Below, one piece after another: positions 49,701 through 62,300 of a stretch of 64,000 nt of DNA. Origin of the DNA: Mobula birostris (Eukaryota); NCBI RefSeq assembly GCF_030028105.1, contig NC_092371.1, positions 16,061,764 to 16,125,763 on the forward strand, written 5' to 3'. The notes beneath the pieces are model-generated. The model was not told the DNA's origin. It saw only the letters and a program-made list of their open reading frames with translations, and did not search any database. Numbering within the stretch: the stretch's first letter is position 1; every line of letters starts with the position of its first letter. Position numbers and translations under genes: made by a program.

Positions 49701-51984
49701 ATCACTGATGAAGCGAATATACTAATGGTTAATACGGTTGATGTCAGTGTATCAAAATAAAACTTGTGTCATTCCGGACCGAAATCAGAAAGAAGTTTGT
49801 TTTCTTTCTGTGAACTGGATGATCAGTCGCTAAGTACATTCAAGAAGAGATCTGAGGGATCTTTAGATACAACAGGAATTGATACATATGGATTCAGTGC
49901 AGGAAGGCAGAACCCCGGAAATTTATTACCTGCAGTGTTATTCAATGACAGGGGAGGCGCGATGGTCCAGAGACCGAAAGTCGCAGCTACTCTCCTTAAT
50001 CATTTTGTAATGGCTAGCACTGCAGGTCCAAAGTACCAATGGTTTTCAGGGTGATGATCGTGGGGCCAATACAGGAGTTGTTGGAGCTGTGGACTTCCAT
50101 ATTAAAAACGAGTATGCCATCCCGCAACTGATCTAGGAGCGTTCTTCTTTGGTCAGGTGATGCATTTTTTGCCATTACGTTGTTACCCATCCTTACACAA
50201 CACATTCAAGGCTCTATCACTCATGTTCTCAGTATTATTAATTAACTTACTTTTTAAAATTTGCACAGTTTGTCTTTCTTTTACTCATTGTTTGTTTGTG
50301 TATAATTTTTCATTGATTCTATTCTATTGTTTTTGTTCTATTCTATATACCTACAGGAAATGAATCTAAAAGTAGTATTTGGTAACATACGTAGTTTATA
50401 ATAAATGTGCTTTGAACCTGCTACTTTGAATCGTCTGTGATATATTGTCATTCATTTTGTTCCAATATAGTTTGTGGCCAATAGTCACTGCTGACCCTTG
50501 ATATTGGAAGATTGAGCAATGGTGTCGGTCTTTGTATGGCATGGTCGGATTTTCCAATTCGCCGTTTCAGAAAGCAATTGCCCGAAAATTTTTATAAGAA
50601 TATTTCTTGTCTTTGATGATGGCGGTTCGGCGAGGACGCTTTCCAGATGGATGCCTGCTGTGATATCTGGGGCTGGTGGTGTGTTGATTGACCGCTGACA
50701 TGCACAAACAGCGCTCTTTGTCTGAGAATTGACCCTAATATCTGGGGTGAATTCAGGTTTCACCCAGGCCCGCACTTCCGCTGCTGTTGACACACGACAT
50801 GGCAACATGGACTACAAAGGGTAACACCTAATACCCTCCAACCATCAGACTGGTGAACCAGCGTCTATAACTTCACTCATAATCAAAACTGAACTGGTTC
50901 CACAACCTGTGGATTCACCTGCAAGGACTCCACAACTAAAGTCCTCAATTCTATTTATCTATTAGTCTATCAGTCTGTCTATCTACCTAGCACTTGTTAG
51001 AAAACCCGAGGCGTTGCCAAGCATGCTCATTTGTCATTTACTAGGAATTTCCAGACTATTCCTGTGCTGTTTAGTATCGTGGCTTTCTGAAGATCTATAT
51101 AGATATTGCTGTGTTGCTCTAATTGTTTAATGCTATTGTCTAGTGCTCTTGGGATGACGTCATAGGTAGATATTACCATCAAGACAAAGTGCACCTTTTT
51201 CGTGTCCCAAAGACTTTCAATTTCCTCTTTTAATAATAATTATTATATTTATTACTGTATTTCCTCAGTTTGTCTATCGAGCATTGATAACTTGGCACTT
51301 TGTGTGAAGGTTTTCATCGATTCAATTGCATTTTTGTTGTCCTCACTTTCAAAGAATATATAATCATGTTCACATTATTATATATTTATTTATTTATAAT
51401 GAATATTATTATTTTGTTTTTTCTATTTTCGCAGTCTGTTTCCTTTTGCACACCGAATGCTTGTCAGTCTTTCTGTGTAGTTTTTCATCGATTCTATTGT
51501 ATGTCATTGTTCTACTGAGAATGCCTGCAAGAAAATGAATCTCGGGATAATATATGATAATAAATTTACTTCGAACTTAAACTTTGATCATTAGTCTATT
51601 TGGATTTATGAATTTTAGCAATCAGCTTTATTTAAATCCTGACAAAAAAAGGGAAAGTAACAGCGTGTTTATGACATGGTTTTCCAAACGCAGGAACTGT
51701 GTCAGTACATTCATAAGTCTGTTTTGAAGACGGTTACAGAGACTTTATGCAGTGAGTAGGCTTCGTCGCTCGCTGAGACAGACATTAACATCTAAATATT
51801 GCTAAATGCAGCCGTCAATCGAATGTCTAAAATCATCTTCAAACTCATTCCCTTTCCTAGATATTGATCAGACCGGATTGCCTTGGATCCTTGATACAAT
51901 ATAGCTAAACAAAAATATTTTGAAGGTAGGGGTTAATGTTTTTACGATCATGGAATTCGCACACAGTAGATTCCAGAGGACGGG

Positions 51985-52053
51985 TGGTCAGTCTCCGCCC
52001 CCATCCTGCCTCTGCCCCCTCCCACTCATTAACATCCCCGGTTAATAAAGAGC
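51985..52053 (+). promoter_or_regulatory. Candidate IgL promoter of cluster 2 (ATTAACAT 52028-52035, TTAATAAA 52042-52049)
   Basis: Near-identical to 28880-28950 at a similar distance from the leader. Confidence 0.5.
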
Positions 52054-52155
52054 CCGGAGCGTCCAGTTTGCAGACACTGGAACCGGAGACGCTCCCGGTG
52101 TTTGCACAACAGCGCACGGTTCGGTTAGAATTTAGGACGCTCGCTGACCGAAAGA

Positions 52156-52204
52156 ATGTTCCCAATTCTGCATCTCCTGTGGGCTCTAATGGTCCATTTA
52201 CCAG
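52156..52204 (+). CDS. IGL: Ig light chain cluster 2, leader exon (MFPILHLLWALMVHLP+G)
   Basis: ATG at 52156, donor GTGAGA at 52205, acceptor TTGCAG|G at 52349/52350. Paralog of 29053-29101. Confidence 0.9.
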
Positions 52205-52349
52205 GTGAGAGGCGGGTTAGTTTACGCACCAATTATCCGCAAAGAAATTCTTTGAAACTTTGAAAGCCACTTTTCTGCGAGTCTTCAGTGATCTATAACA
52301 CCTCTGATGGTTGCAAGTCACCTGGTAGTTTTATTGTGTCTTATTGCAG

Positions 52350-52709
52350 GTATTCTGGCGGTCGCAGTCCTCAATCAGACCCCAGTGTCCAGTCCTGTCT
52401 CCGCGGGACAGACTGCCCGCTTAGAGTGCCGGATACGGAACGGAAACGTTGGAAGTTACACATTTGTGTGGGACCGACATCGTCCCGGGAAGACACCGGA
52501 GGGGGTGATATATCATAGGACTGATAATACCATCTACAGAATAGTCGGCATCCCTGACCGTTTCCAACCGTCCAGAGACACCTCCGCCGACAGTCACATC
52601 CTGACTATCGGCAGATTGGAGCCCGGCGACTCGGCCGTCTATTACTGCAGAGTGTGGGAAAATGAAGTGGGTTGGGTCTACGGACCGGGGACGATCCTGG
52701 AGATAAAGA
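52350..52709 (+). CDS. IGL: Ig light chain cluster 2, germline-joined VJ exon (sigma-cart / type I-like)
   Basis: Open 360-nt exon ...DSAVYYC-RVWENEVGWV-YGPGTILEIK with donor GTAAGT at 52710 and no RSS between V and J. I count 41 nt differences from cluster 1 over 360 nt. Confidence 0.92.
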
Positions 52710-53714
52710 GTAAGTAATCCTCTCGTTTTATATCAAATTATGCTTCTGAAGAAATCCCCATTTCAATCGTGCTGCTGGCTGGCTCTACACTGGCGAAAGA
52801 ATCGATCTGTCTCTTCAAGGCAGAATCCGCACACTCAGCTCGGCATGGTAGGTCATTAAAATCCTCAGGACAACACTACTATTGAATGTGTGAATTACTT
52901 CTACATTTGAATCATCCCACAAGAGGCGGCACCAGGCCGTCACTCGAAAGTTCCGTCTTTTAACCTGTTGATCCATTTCTCATATTCCAAAACCCGCCGA
53001 CTCATCTCCCGCACTCAACCCTAAATTTAATAGAGATTAATTGTCCAACCCTCTGTTAACTGTCATGATCCGCTATAAGTCAACGCTATCGCAGTTTATG
53101 ACAGAGAAATGCGTCATTACTGTCAAATACAATGAAGGATAATAACAGCCACTGAAGCTGTCAGACAGGGAGAACGCTCATCTCTCTGACCCTTTCTGTA
53201 TCTTCGCCACTTCGTGTTGCCTTATTGCACGGCGAGATATCGATATCTACATTGCCACTCCAATCTCGGGGTGCTCCCGTCGATCAACAGATTAAGCTGA
53301 AATATCGACAAGCACATAATAGACGGAATTTAGATTTGGGGATTTGTTGGTGTCATCCCCCTATCCCACCACCCAAGTACCTCCCTCAGCAAAGAGGACG
53401 GCGTCAAAAGCGTGTCAATAAGTGGATTGGGAGCGGTGTGGACAGTTTTGCTCAGACTGGTGTTTCCTCTGGAGTTAACCGTCTGCGAGAGCTGAATAAC
53501 ACACATTTCTAACTGTAACCCCGCGAGGGCGCAGTCCCAGACGTGAGGGGTGGGCAACAATTCCATGATAGCGTCTGTTGATGGGTTCAATGGTCTGTTT
53601 CCAACTTTTCTCTGATCGGTGCATTGTGACCCTACTTTGACGTGAGTTCGGTTCGTGTGTGGCACATTAATGATGATATTTTCCTCCTCCTCCCACCGCC
53701 TTTCTCACACACAG

Positions 53715-54040
53715 GTAGCGAGAGCAGAAAGCCCTCGGTTGTCCTGCTTCCTCCCTCCCCGGAGGAGACCGGCTTGGGTTCCGCCACTCTATCCTGCCTC
53801 GTGAGTGGTTTTAAGCCGGGCTTGGTCGCGCTGCGCTGGAGCGTGGATGGCGTGGAGACGGACAGTGGCGTGACGACAAGCGCCGTGTCCATGGACACCG
53901 ACCAGACCTACAGGCTGAGCAGTTACCTGCGGGTAACCACCGCTGCCTGGAACAAGGGCTCAATCTATTCGTGCACCGTGAGCCACAGCTCACTGAGCTC
54001 GCCGCTGCGCAACACCATCTCTTCGTCCGCCTGTGCGTAG
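53715..54040 (+). CDS. IGL: Ig light chain cluster 2, constant exon
   Basis: CACAG|GT acceptor at 53714/53715. SESRKPSVVLLPPS...SSSACA*, 7 aa differences from cluster 1 C and one residue shorter. Confidence 0.93.
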
Positions 54041-54328
54041 TGAGGCCCTGCCGGGTGGCAGCTCAGGAATGCAGTGTAACCCCCACTGGGGCTGTGCAGC
54101 CGCTTTTTGTAATGTAGTTCTGTAGCAAATGTCTATTTCTGGGAACTAGGAAAATGTTTAACAAATTCAGAAATGAATGTTTTGATCGCCCATCTTTTGC
54201 GACGCATAATCCTATGTAGAATTATCTTCTCGCTATGATGTGTCTGAACTTCTGCTGTTTGTAGAGTGGGGAGAGATTCACCAGGAGACGATGACCGTAT
54301 TGTGATTGAATTTTGCAAGACAGCACTT

Positions 54329-54334
54329 AATAAA
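54329..54334 (+). terminator. Poly(A) signal of cluster 2
   Basis: AATAAA at the position homologous to 31168-31173. Confidence 0.6.
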
Positions 54335-55197
54335 GAGGCAACTCAGGGGCGTGTTTACAGTGGCTCTGTCTTTACTCGACTGTTCTCTGTGCATCGAATG
54401 AATTAGTAGCGAGTAACATGACGAGCTTCAACTACAAGACATAGACTTAGTCAAGTCAGCTCAAACTGTTTATCCGTCCTTGCTTAGCAATGCCGGTCTC
54501 TGTGTACGCCATCTTCTTGGATCAATAATCAACGTTAGTCACAATATACAGTTCAATACATTAGGAATTTGTTGTGGTGTGTTAGCGTGACATGAAACAG
54601 AACATTCGAGAATTATAAGGAATAATTATATAAAATTAAAGTTAAAAAATTAAATTCAGTGTATGGAATAAAATGTGTACAAATACATAAATAACAGCAT
54701 CTATGTATAATGCTAGCAACATTATAAAACGAGGTTTAAAGTATTTACAGTGCAGTGCAGTCACTGGGGTAATAGAGGTGTAGGGGTTACTGCAAATGGT
54801 TGATCAGATTAAATAACCCGAGGAAATAACACAAACAAATTGCTGGAGGAAATCATCAGGTCTGGCTGGATCTATGGGGAGCTCTCGGCTCGAAACGTCG
54901 ACTGTTTATTCCTTTCCACAAATGCTCCGAATTTCCAACATCCGCAGAATTATTTAGCTGCTTAGGGGAAGAAACTATTAAAATTGTTAAGATGGCGTGA
55001 GCTGTTTCTTTTGAAAGTCCTATAACGTTCTCCACAAGTTTTTTTTTGAAAAAGGCAGTATGCAAGGGGCGCAGTCTGCAATGACTTTTTCATGCACGCT
55101 TCTTTATTCTGGACACTTGCAAGTCCTCCAGTGATGGTCGACTGCAGCCAATGACATTTTCAGTTCATCTGGCAGTTTGCTGTAGATTTTGTATTTT

Positions 55198-58100
55198 AGA
55201 AACATAGAAAACCTACAGCACAATAGAGGCCCTACAGCCCACAAAGCTGCGCCGCACTTGTCCTTACCTTAGAAATTACCTAGGGTTACCCATAGCCCTC
55301 AATTTTTCTAGGCACTACGTACCTGTCCAGGAGTCTCCTAAAAGACCCTGTCGTATCCACCTCCACCACCGTCACCGACAGCCCACCTTCTACGGAAAAA
55401 ACTTACCCCTGACATCTCCTCTGTACCTACTTCCAAGCACCTTAAAACTATGCCCTCTCATGCTAGCCATTTCAGCCCTGCGGGAAAAGCCTCTGACTAT
55501 CCACACGATCAATGCCTCTCATCATCTTGGACATCTCCATCAGCTCACCTCTCATCCCCGTCGCTCCAAGGAGAAAAGGCCAAGTTCACTCAACCTATTC
55601 TCATAAGGCATTCTCCCCAATCCAGGCAACATCCTTCTAAATATCCTCTGCACTATTTCTATGGTTTCCACATCCTTCCTGTAGTGAGGCGACCAGAACT
55701 GAGCACAGTACTCCAAGTGGGGTCTGACCAGGGTCCTATATAGCTGCAATATTACCTCTGGACTCCTCAACTCAATCTCACAATTGATGAAGGCCAATGC
55801 ACCGCATGCTTTCTTAACTACAGGGTCAATCTGCGCAGCAGCTTTGAGTATCCTATGTACTCGGAGCCCAAGAACCTTCTGATCCTACACACTGCCAAGA
55901 GTCTTACCATTAATACTATATTCTGCCATTATAGTTGACCGACCAAAATTAACCAGTTCACACTTATCTGGGTTGGACTCCATCTGCTACCTCTCACGCA
56001 GTTTTGCATCCTATCAATGTCCCACTGTGACCTCTGACAGACCTCCACACTATCCGCAACACCCCCCAACCTTTGTGTCATCAGCAAATTTACTAACACA
56101 TCCCTCCACTTTCTCACCCAGGTCATTTATAAAAATCGTGAAAAATGGAAGAGTAGGGATCCCTGAACAGACCCCTGAGGCACACCACTGGTCACCGACG
56201 TCCATGCAGAATATGACTCAGCTACAACCACACTTGTGGGCAAGCAAGTTCTGGATCTACAAAGCAATGTCCCCTTGGACGCCATGCCTCCTTACTTTTT
56301 CAATAAGCCTTGTATGGGGTACCTTATCAATTGCCTTGCTGAAATCCATGTACACTACATCTACTGCTCTACCTGCCTTTGACAAAGCCAAGCTGACTAT
56401 TCCTAATCATATTATGTCTCTCCAAATGTTCATAAATTCTGCCTCTCAGGATCTACTCCATCAACTTACCAACCACTGAAGTAAGACTCACTGGTCTATA
56501 ATTTCCTGGGCTATCTTTATTCCCTTTCTTGAATAAGGGAACAATATCTGCAACCCTCCAATCCTCCAGAACCTCTCCCATCCCCACTGATAATGCAAAG
56601 ATCATCTCCAGAGGCTCAGCAATCTCCTCCCTCGTCTCCCACAGTAGCCTGGGGTACATCCCGTCTGGTCCTGGTGGCTTATCCAACTTGATGCTTTCCT
56701 AAAGCTCCAGCACATCCTCTTTCTTAATATCTATATGCTGAAACTTTTCACTCCGTTGTAATTCGTCTCTACAATCGCCAAGATCCTTTTCCATAATGAA
56801 TACTGAAGCAAAGTATTAATTAAGTACCTCTGCTATTTCCTCCAGTTCCATTCACATTTTCTCACTGTCACACTTGATTGGTCCTATTCTCTCACGTCTT
56901 ATCCTCTTGGCCTTCACACACTTGTAGAATGCCTTGGTTTTCCTTAATCCTATCCGCCAAGGCCTTCTTGTGGCCCCTTCTGGCTCTTCTAATTTCATAG
57001 ATACATAGAAAACATACAGCACAATACAGGCCCTTCGGCCCACAAAGCTGTGCCGAACATGTCTCTACCTTAGACCTACCTAGGCTTTACCCATAGCCCT
57101 CTATTTTTCTAAGCTCCAACCAGGAGTCTCTTAAAAGTTACTATCGTTTCCGCCTCCACCACAGCCACCGGCAGCCCATTCCACGCACTTATCACTCTCT
57201 GCGTAAAAAAAAACTTACACCTGGCAGCCACTCTGCCCCTACGTCCAAGCATCTTAAAACTATCCCCTCTCGTGCTAACCATTTCAGCCCTGGGGAAAAG
57301 CCTCTGGCTATCCACATGATCAATGCTTCTTATTGTCTTGAACACCTCTATCAGGTCACCTCTCGTCCTTCGTCGCTCCGAGGAGAAAAGGCCGAGTTCA
57401 CTCAACCTATTCTCATAAGGCATGCTCCCCAATCCAGGAAACATCCTTGTAAATCTCCTCTGCACCCTTTCCATGGTTTCCACGTCCTTTCTGTAGTGAG
57501 GCGACCAGAACTGCACACAGTACTCCAAGTGGGGTCTGAACGGGGTCCTATATAGCTGCAATATTACCGCTCGGCTCTTAAATTCAATCCCACGATTGAT
57601 GAAGGTCAATGCACCATATGCCTTTTTAACGACAGAATCAACCTACGTAGCAGCTATATATGTGATGCTATATTCTGCATCATATTTGACCTACCAAAAT
57701 GAACCACGTCACACTTATCTGGGTTGAACTCCATCTGCCACTTCTCAGCCCAGTTTTGCATCCTATCAATGTCTCGTTGTAACCTTTGACAGCCCTCCAC
57801 ACTATCCACAACACACCCAAACTTTGTGTCATCAGCAAATTTACTAAACCGTCCCTCCAGTTTCCCAAAAAGGTCATTTATAAAAATCGCAAAGAGTAGG
57901 GATCCCAGAACAGATCCCTGAAGTACACCACTGGTCACCAGCCTCCATGCAGAATATGACCATCTACAACCACCCTTTGCCTTCTGTGGGTAAGCCAGTT
58001 CTGGATCCATAAAGCAATGTCCCCTTGGATCCCATGCCTCTTTACTTTCTCAATAAGCCTTGCATGGGGTACCTTATCAAATGCCTTGCTAAAATCCATA

Positions 58101-59283
58101 CACACTACATCTACGGCTCTACCTTCATCAATGTGTTTAGTCACATCGTCAAAAAATTCAATCAGGCTCGTAAGGCACAACCTGCCTTTGACAAAGCCGT
58201 GCTACCTATTCCTGTTCGTACTATGCCTCTCCAAACGTTCATAAATCCTGCCTCTCAGGATCTTCTCCTTCAATATTGTATCATTTCTTCATGCATGCAT
58301 TACTAAATGACAATAAAAGAGGACTGCGTGTCTTCATAATCACATAACTTACCAACCACTGAAGTAAGACTCATTGCCTTATAATTTCCTGGGTTATCCC
58401 TACTACCTTTCTTGAATAAAGGAACAACATCCGCAACCCTCCAATCCTCCGGAACCTCTCCTGTCCTCATTGAGGATGCATAGATCATTGCCAGAGGTTC
58501 AGCAATCCCCCCCCCCTTCGCTTCCCATAGTAGCCTGGGGTACATCTCATCTGGTCCCAGTGACTTATCCAACTTGATGCTTTCCAAAACTCCAGCACAT
58601 CCCCTTCCTTAATATCTACATCCTCAAGCTTTTCAGTGCACTGGAAGCCATCCCTACAATTGCCAGGATAATTTTCCATAGTGAATACTGAAGCAAAGTA
58701 TTCAATAAGTACCTTTGCCATCTCCTCCGGTTGCATACACACTTTTCCACTGTTACACTTGATTGGTCCTATTCTCTCACATCTTATCCTCTTGCTCTTC
58801 ACATACTTGTAGAATGCCTTGGGGTTTTCCTTAAACCTGTTCGCCAATGCCTTCTCATAGCTCTTTCTGGCTCTCCTAATTTCTTTCTTAAGCTCCTTCC
58901 TGCTAGCTTTATAGTCTTCTAGATCTCCATCATTACCTAGCTTTTTGAAACTTCCGTAAGTTCTTCGTTTCTTCTTGACTAGATTTACAACAGCCTTTGT
59001 ACACCACGGATCTTATACCCTACCATCCTTTCCATGTCACATTGGAACATACCTACTCAGAGCCCCACGCCAATATCCCCTGAACATTTGCCACATTCCT
59101 TCCGTACGTTTCGCTGAGAACATCTGTTTCCCATCTATGCTTCCAAGTTCCTGCCTGATAGCCTAATATTTCCCCTTACTCCAATTAAATGCTTTCCTAA
59201 CTTGTCTGTTCCTATCCCTCTCCAATGCTATGGTAAAGGAGATAGAATTGTGATCACTATCTCCAATAAAACTATTATACTGA
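55198..59283 (-). mobile_element. Stack of degenerate CR1 copies (3' ends at ~55198 and ~57000)
   Basis: Repeated RT motifs in minus ORFs 55552-55797, 56453-56686, 57109-57609, 57654-58010, 57935-58180, 58303-58587 and 58485-58847. Confidence 0.85.
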
Positions 59284-59381
59284 ATAGAAACATAGAAACA
59301 TAGAAAATAGGTGCAGGAGTAGGCCATTTGGCCCTTCGAGCCTGCACCGTCGTTTATTATGATCATGGCTGATCATCCAAC

Positions 59382-62300
59382 TCAGAACATCGCCCCAGCC
59401 TTCCCTTCATACCCCCTGACCCCCGTAGCCACAAGGGCCATATCTAACTCCCTCTTAAATATAGCCAATGAACTGGCCTCAACTGTTTCCTGTGGCAGAG
59501 AATTCCACAGATTCACCACTCTCTGTGTGAAGAAGTTTTTCCTAATCACGGTCCTAAAAGGCTTCCCCTCTATCCTCAAACTGTGACCCCTCGTTCTGGA
59601 CTTCCCCAACATCGGGAACAATCTTCCTGCATCTAGCCTGTCCAATCCCTTTAGGATCTTATACGTTTCAATCAGATCCCCCCTCAATCTTCTAAATTCC
59701 AACGAGTACAAGCCCAGTTCATCCAGTCTTTCTTCATATGGAAGTCCTGCCATCCCAGGAATCAATCTAGTGAACCTTCTTTGTACTCCCTCTATGGCAA
59801 GGATGTCTTTCCTCAGATTAGGGGACCAAAACTGCACACAATACTCCAGGTGTGGTCTCACCAAGGCCTTGTACAACTGCAGTAGTACCTCCCTGCTCCT
59901 GTACTCGAATCCTCTCGCTATAAATGTCAGCATACCATTCGCCTTTTTCACCGCCTGCTGTACCTGCATGCCCACTTTCAATGACTGGTGTATAATGACA
60001 CCCAGGTCTCGTTGCACCTCCCCTTTTCCTAATCGGCCACCATTCAGATAATAATCTGTTTTCCTATTTTTGCCACCAAAGTGGATAACTTCACATTTAT
60101 CCACATTAAATTGCATCTGCCATGAATTTGCCCACTCACCCAACCTATCCAAGTCACCCTGCATCCTCTTAGCATCCTCCTCACAGCTAACACTGCCACC
60201 CAGCTTCGTGTCATCCGCAAACTTGGAGATGCTGCATTTAATTCCCTCATCCAAGTCATTAATATATATTGTAAACAACTGGGGTCCCAGCACTGAGCCT
60301 TGCGGTACCCCACTAGTCACCGCCTGCCATTCTGAAAAGGTCCCGTTTATTCCCACTCTTTGCTTCCTGTCTGCTAACCAACTCTCCACCCACACCAATA
60401 CCTTACCCCCAATACCGTGTGCTTTAAGTTTGCACACTAATCTCCTGTGTGGAACCTTGTCAAAAGCCTTCTGAAAATCCAAATATACCACATCCACTGG
60501 TTCTCCCCTATCCACTCTACTAGTTACATCCTCAAAAAATTCTATGAGATTCGTCAGACATGATTTTCCTTTCACAAATCCATGCTGACTTTGTCCGATC
60601 ATTTCACCGCTTTCCAAATGTGCTGTTATCACATCCTTGATAACTGACTCCAGCAGTTTCCCCACCACCGACGTTAGGCTAACTGGTCTATAATTCCCCG
60701 GTTTCTCTCTCCCTCCTTTTTTAAAAAGTGGAGTTACATTAGCCACCCTCCAATCCTCAGGAACTAGTCCAGAATCTAACGAGTTTTGAAAAATTATCAC
60801 TAATGCATCCACTATTTCTTGGGCTACTTCCTTAAGCACCCTGGGATGCAGACCATCTGGCCCTGGGGATTTATCTGCCTTCAATCCCTTCAATTTACCT
60901 AACACCACTTCCCTACTAACATGTATTTCACTCAGTTCCTCCATCTCACTGGACCCTCTGTCCCCTACTATTTCTGGAAGATTATTTGTGTCCTCCTTAG
61001 TGAAGACAGAACCAAAGTAATTATCCAATTGGTCTGCCATGTCCTTGCTCCCCATAATCAATTCACCTGTTTCTGTCTGCAGGGGACCTACATTTGTCTT
61101 TACCAGTCTTTTCCTTTTTACATATCTATAAAAGCTTTTACAGTCCGTTTTTATGTTTCCTGCCAGTTTTCTCTCATAATCTTTTTTCCCCTTCCTAATT
61201 AAGCCCTTTGTCCTCCTCTGCTGAACTCTGAATTTCTCCCAGTCCTCAGGTGAGCCACTTTCTCTGGTTAATTTGTATGTTTCTTCTTTGGAATTGATAC
61301 TATCCCTAATTTCTCTTGTTAGCCACGAGTGCACTACCTTCCTTGATTTATTCTTTTGCCAAACTGGGATGAACATTTGTTGCAGTTCATCCATGCAACC
61401 TTTAAATGCTTGCCATTGCATATCCACCGTCAATCCTTTAAGTGTCATTTGCCAGTCTATCTTAGCTAATTCACGTCTCATACCTTCAAAGTTACCCCTC
61501 TTTAAGTTCAGAACCTTTGTTTCTGAATTAACTATGTCACTCTCCATCTTAATGAAGAATTCCACCATATTATGGTCACTCTTACCCAAGGGGCCTCTCA
61601 CGACAAGATTGCTAATTAACCCTTCCTCATTGCTCAAAACCCAGTCCAGAATAGCCTGCTCTCTCGTTGGTTCCTCGACATGTTGGTTCAAAAAACCATC
61701 CCGCATACATTCTAAGAAATCCTCTTCCTCAGCACCTTTACCAATTTGGTTCACCCAATCTACATGTAGATTGAAGTCACCCATTATAGCTGCTGTTCCT
61801 TTATTGCACACATTTCTAATTTCCTGTTTAATACCATCTCCGACCTCACTACTACTGTTGGGTGGTCTGTACACAACTCCCACCAGCGTCTTCTGCCCCT
61901 TAGTGTTACGCAGCTCTACCCATATCGATTCCACATCTTCCCGGCTTATGTCCTTCCTTTCTATTGCGTTAATCTCTTCTTTAACCAGCAACGCCACCCC
62001 ACCTCCCCTTCCTTCATGTCTATCCCTCCTGAATATTGAATATCCCTGAACGTTGAGCTCCCATCCCTGGTCACCCTGGAGCCATGTCTCTGTGATCCCA
62101 ACTATATCATAATCATTAATAACAATCTGCACTTTCAATTCAACCATCTTATTACGAATGCTCCTTGCATTGACACACAAAGCCTTCAGGCGCTCTTTTA
62201 CAACTCTCTTAGCCCTTATACAATTATGCTGAAAAGTGGCCCTTTTTAATGCTTGCCCTGGATTTGTCGGCCTGCCACTGTTACTTTTCTCCATAGTACT

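Larger units (their letters stand above)
41850..55197 (+). repeat. Segmental duplication unit, copy 3 (contains IgL cluster 2)
   Basis: Collinear with ~19180-32052. Homology ends where a CR1 3' tail begins at 55198. Confidence 0.85.

Noticed and set aside
61273-62049. 258-aa plus-strand ORF and other ORFs antisense to CR1 ORF2 (59770-60474, 60921-61202)
   Set aside because: Shadow frames of the intact LINE ORF with no independent motifs.
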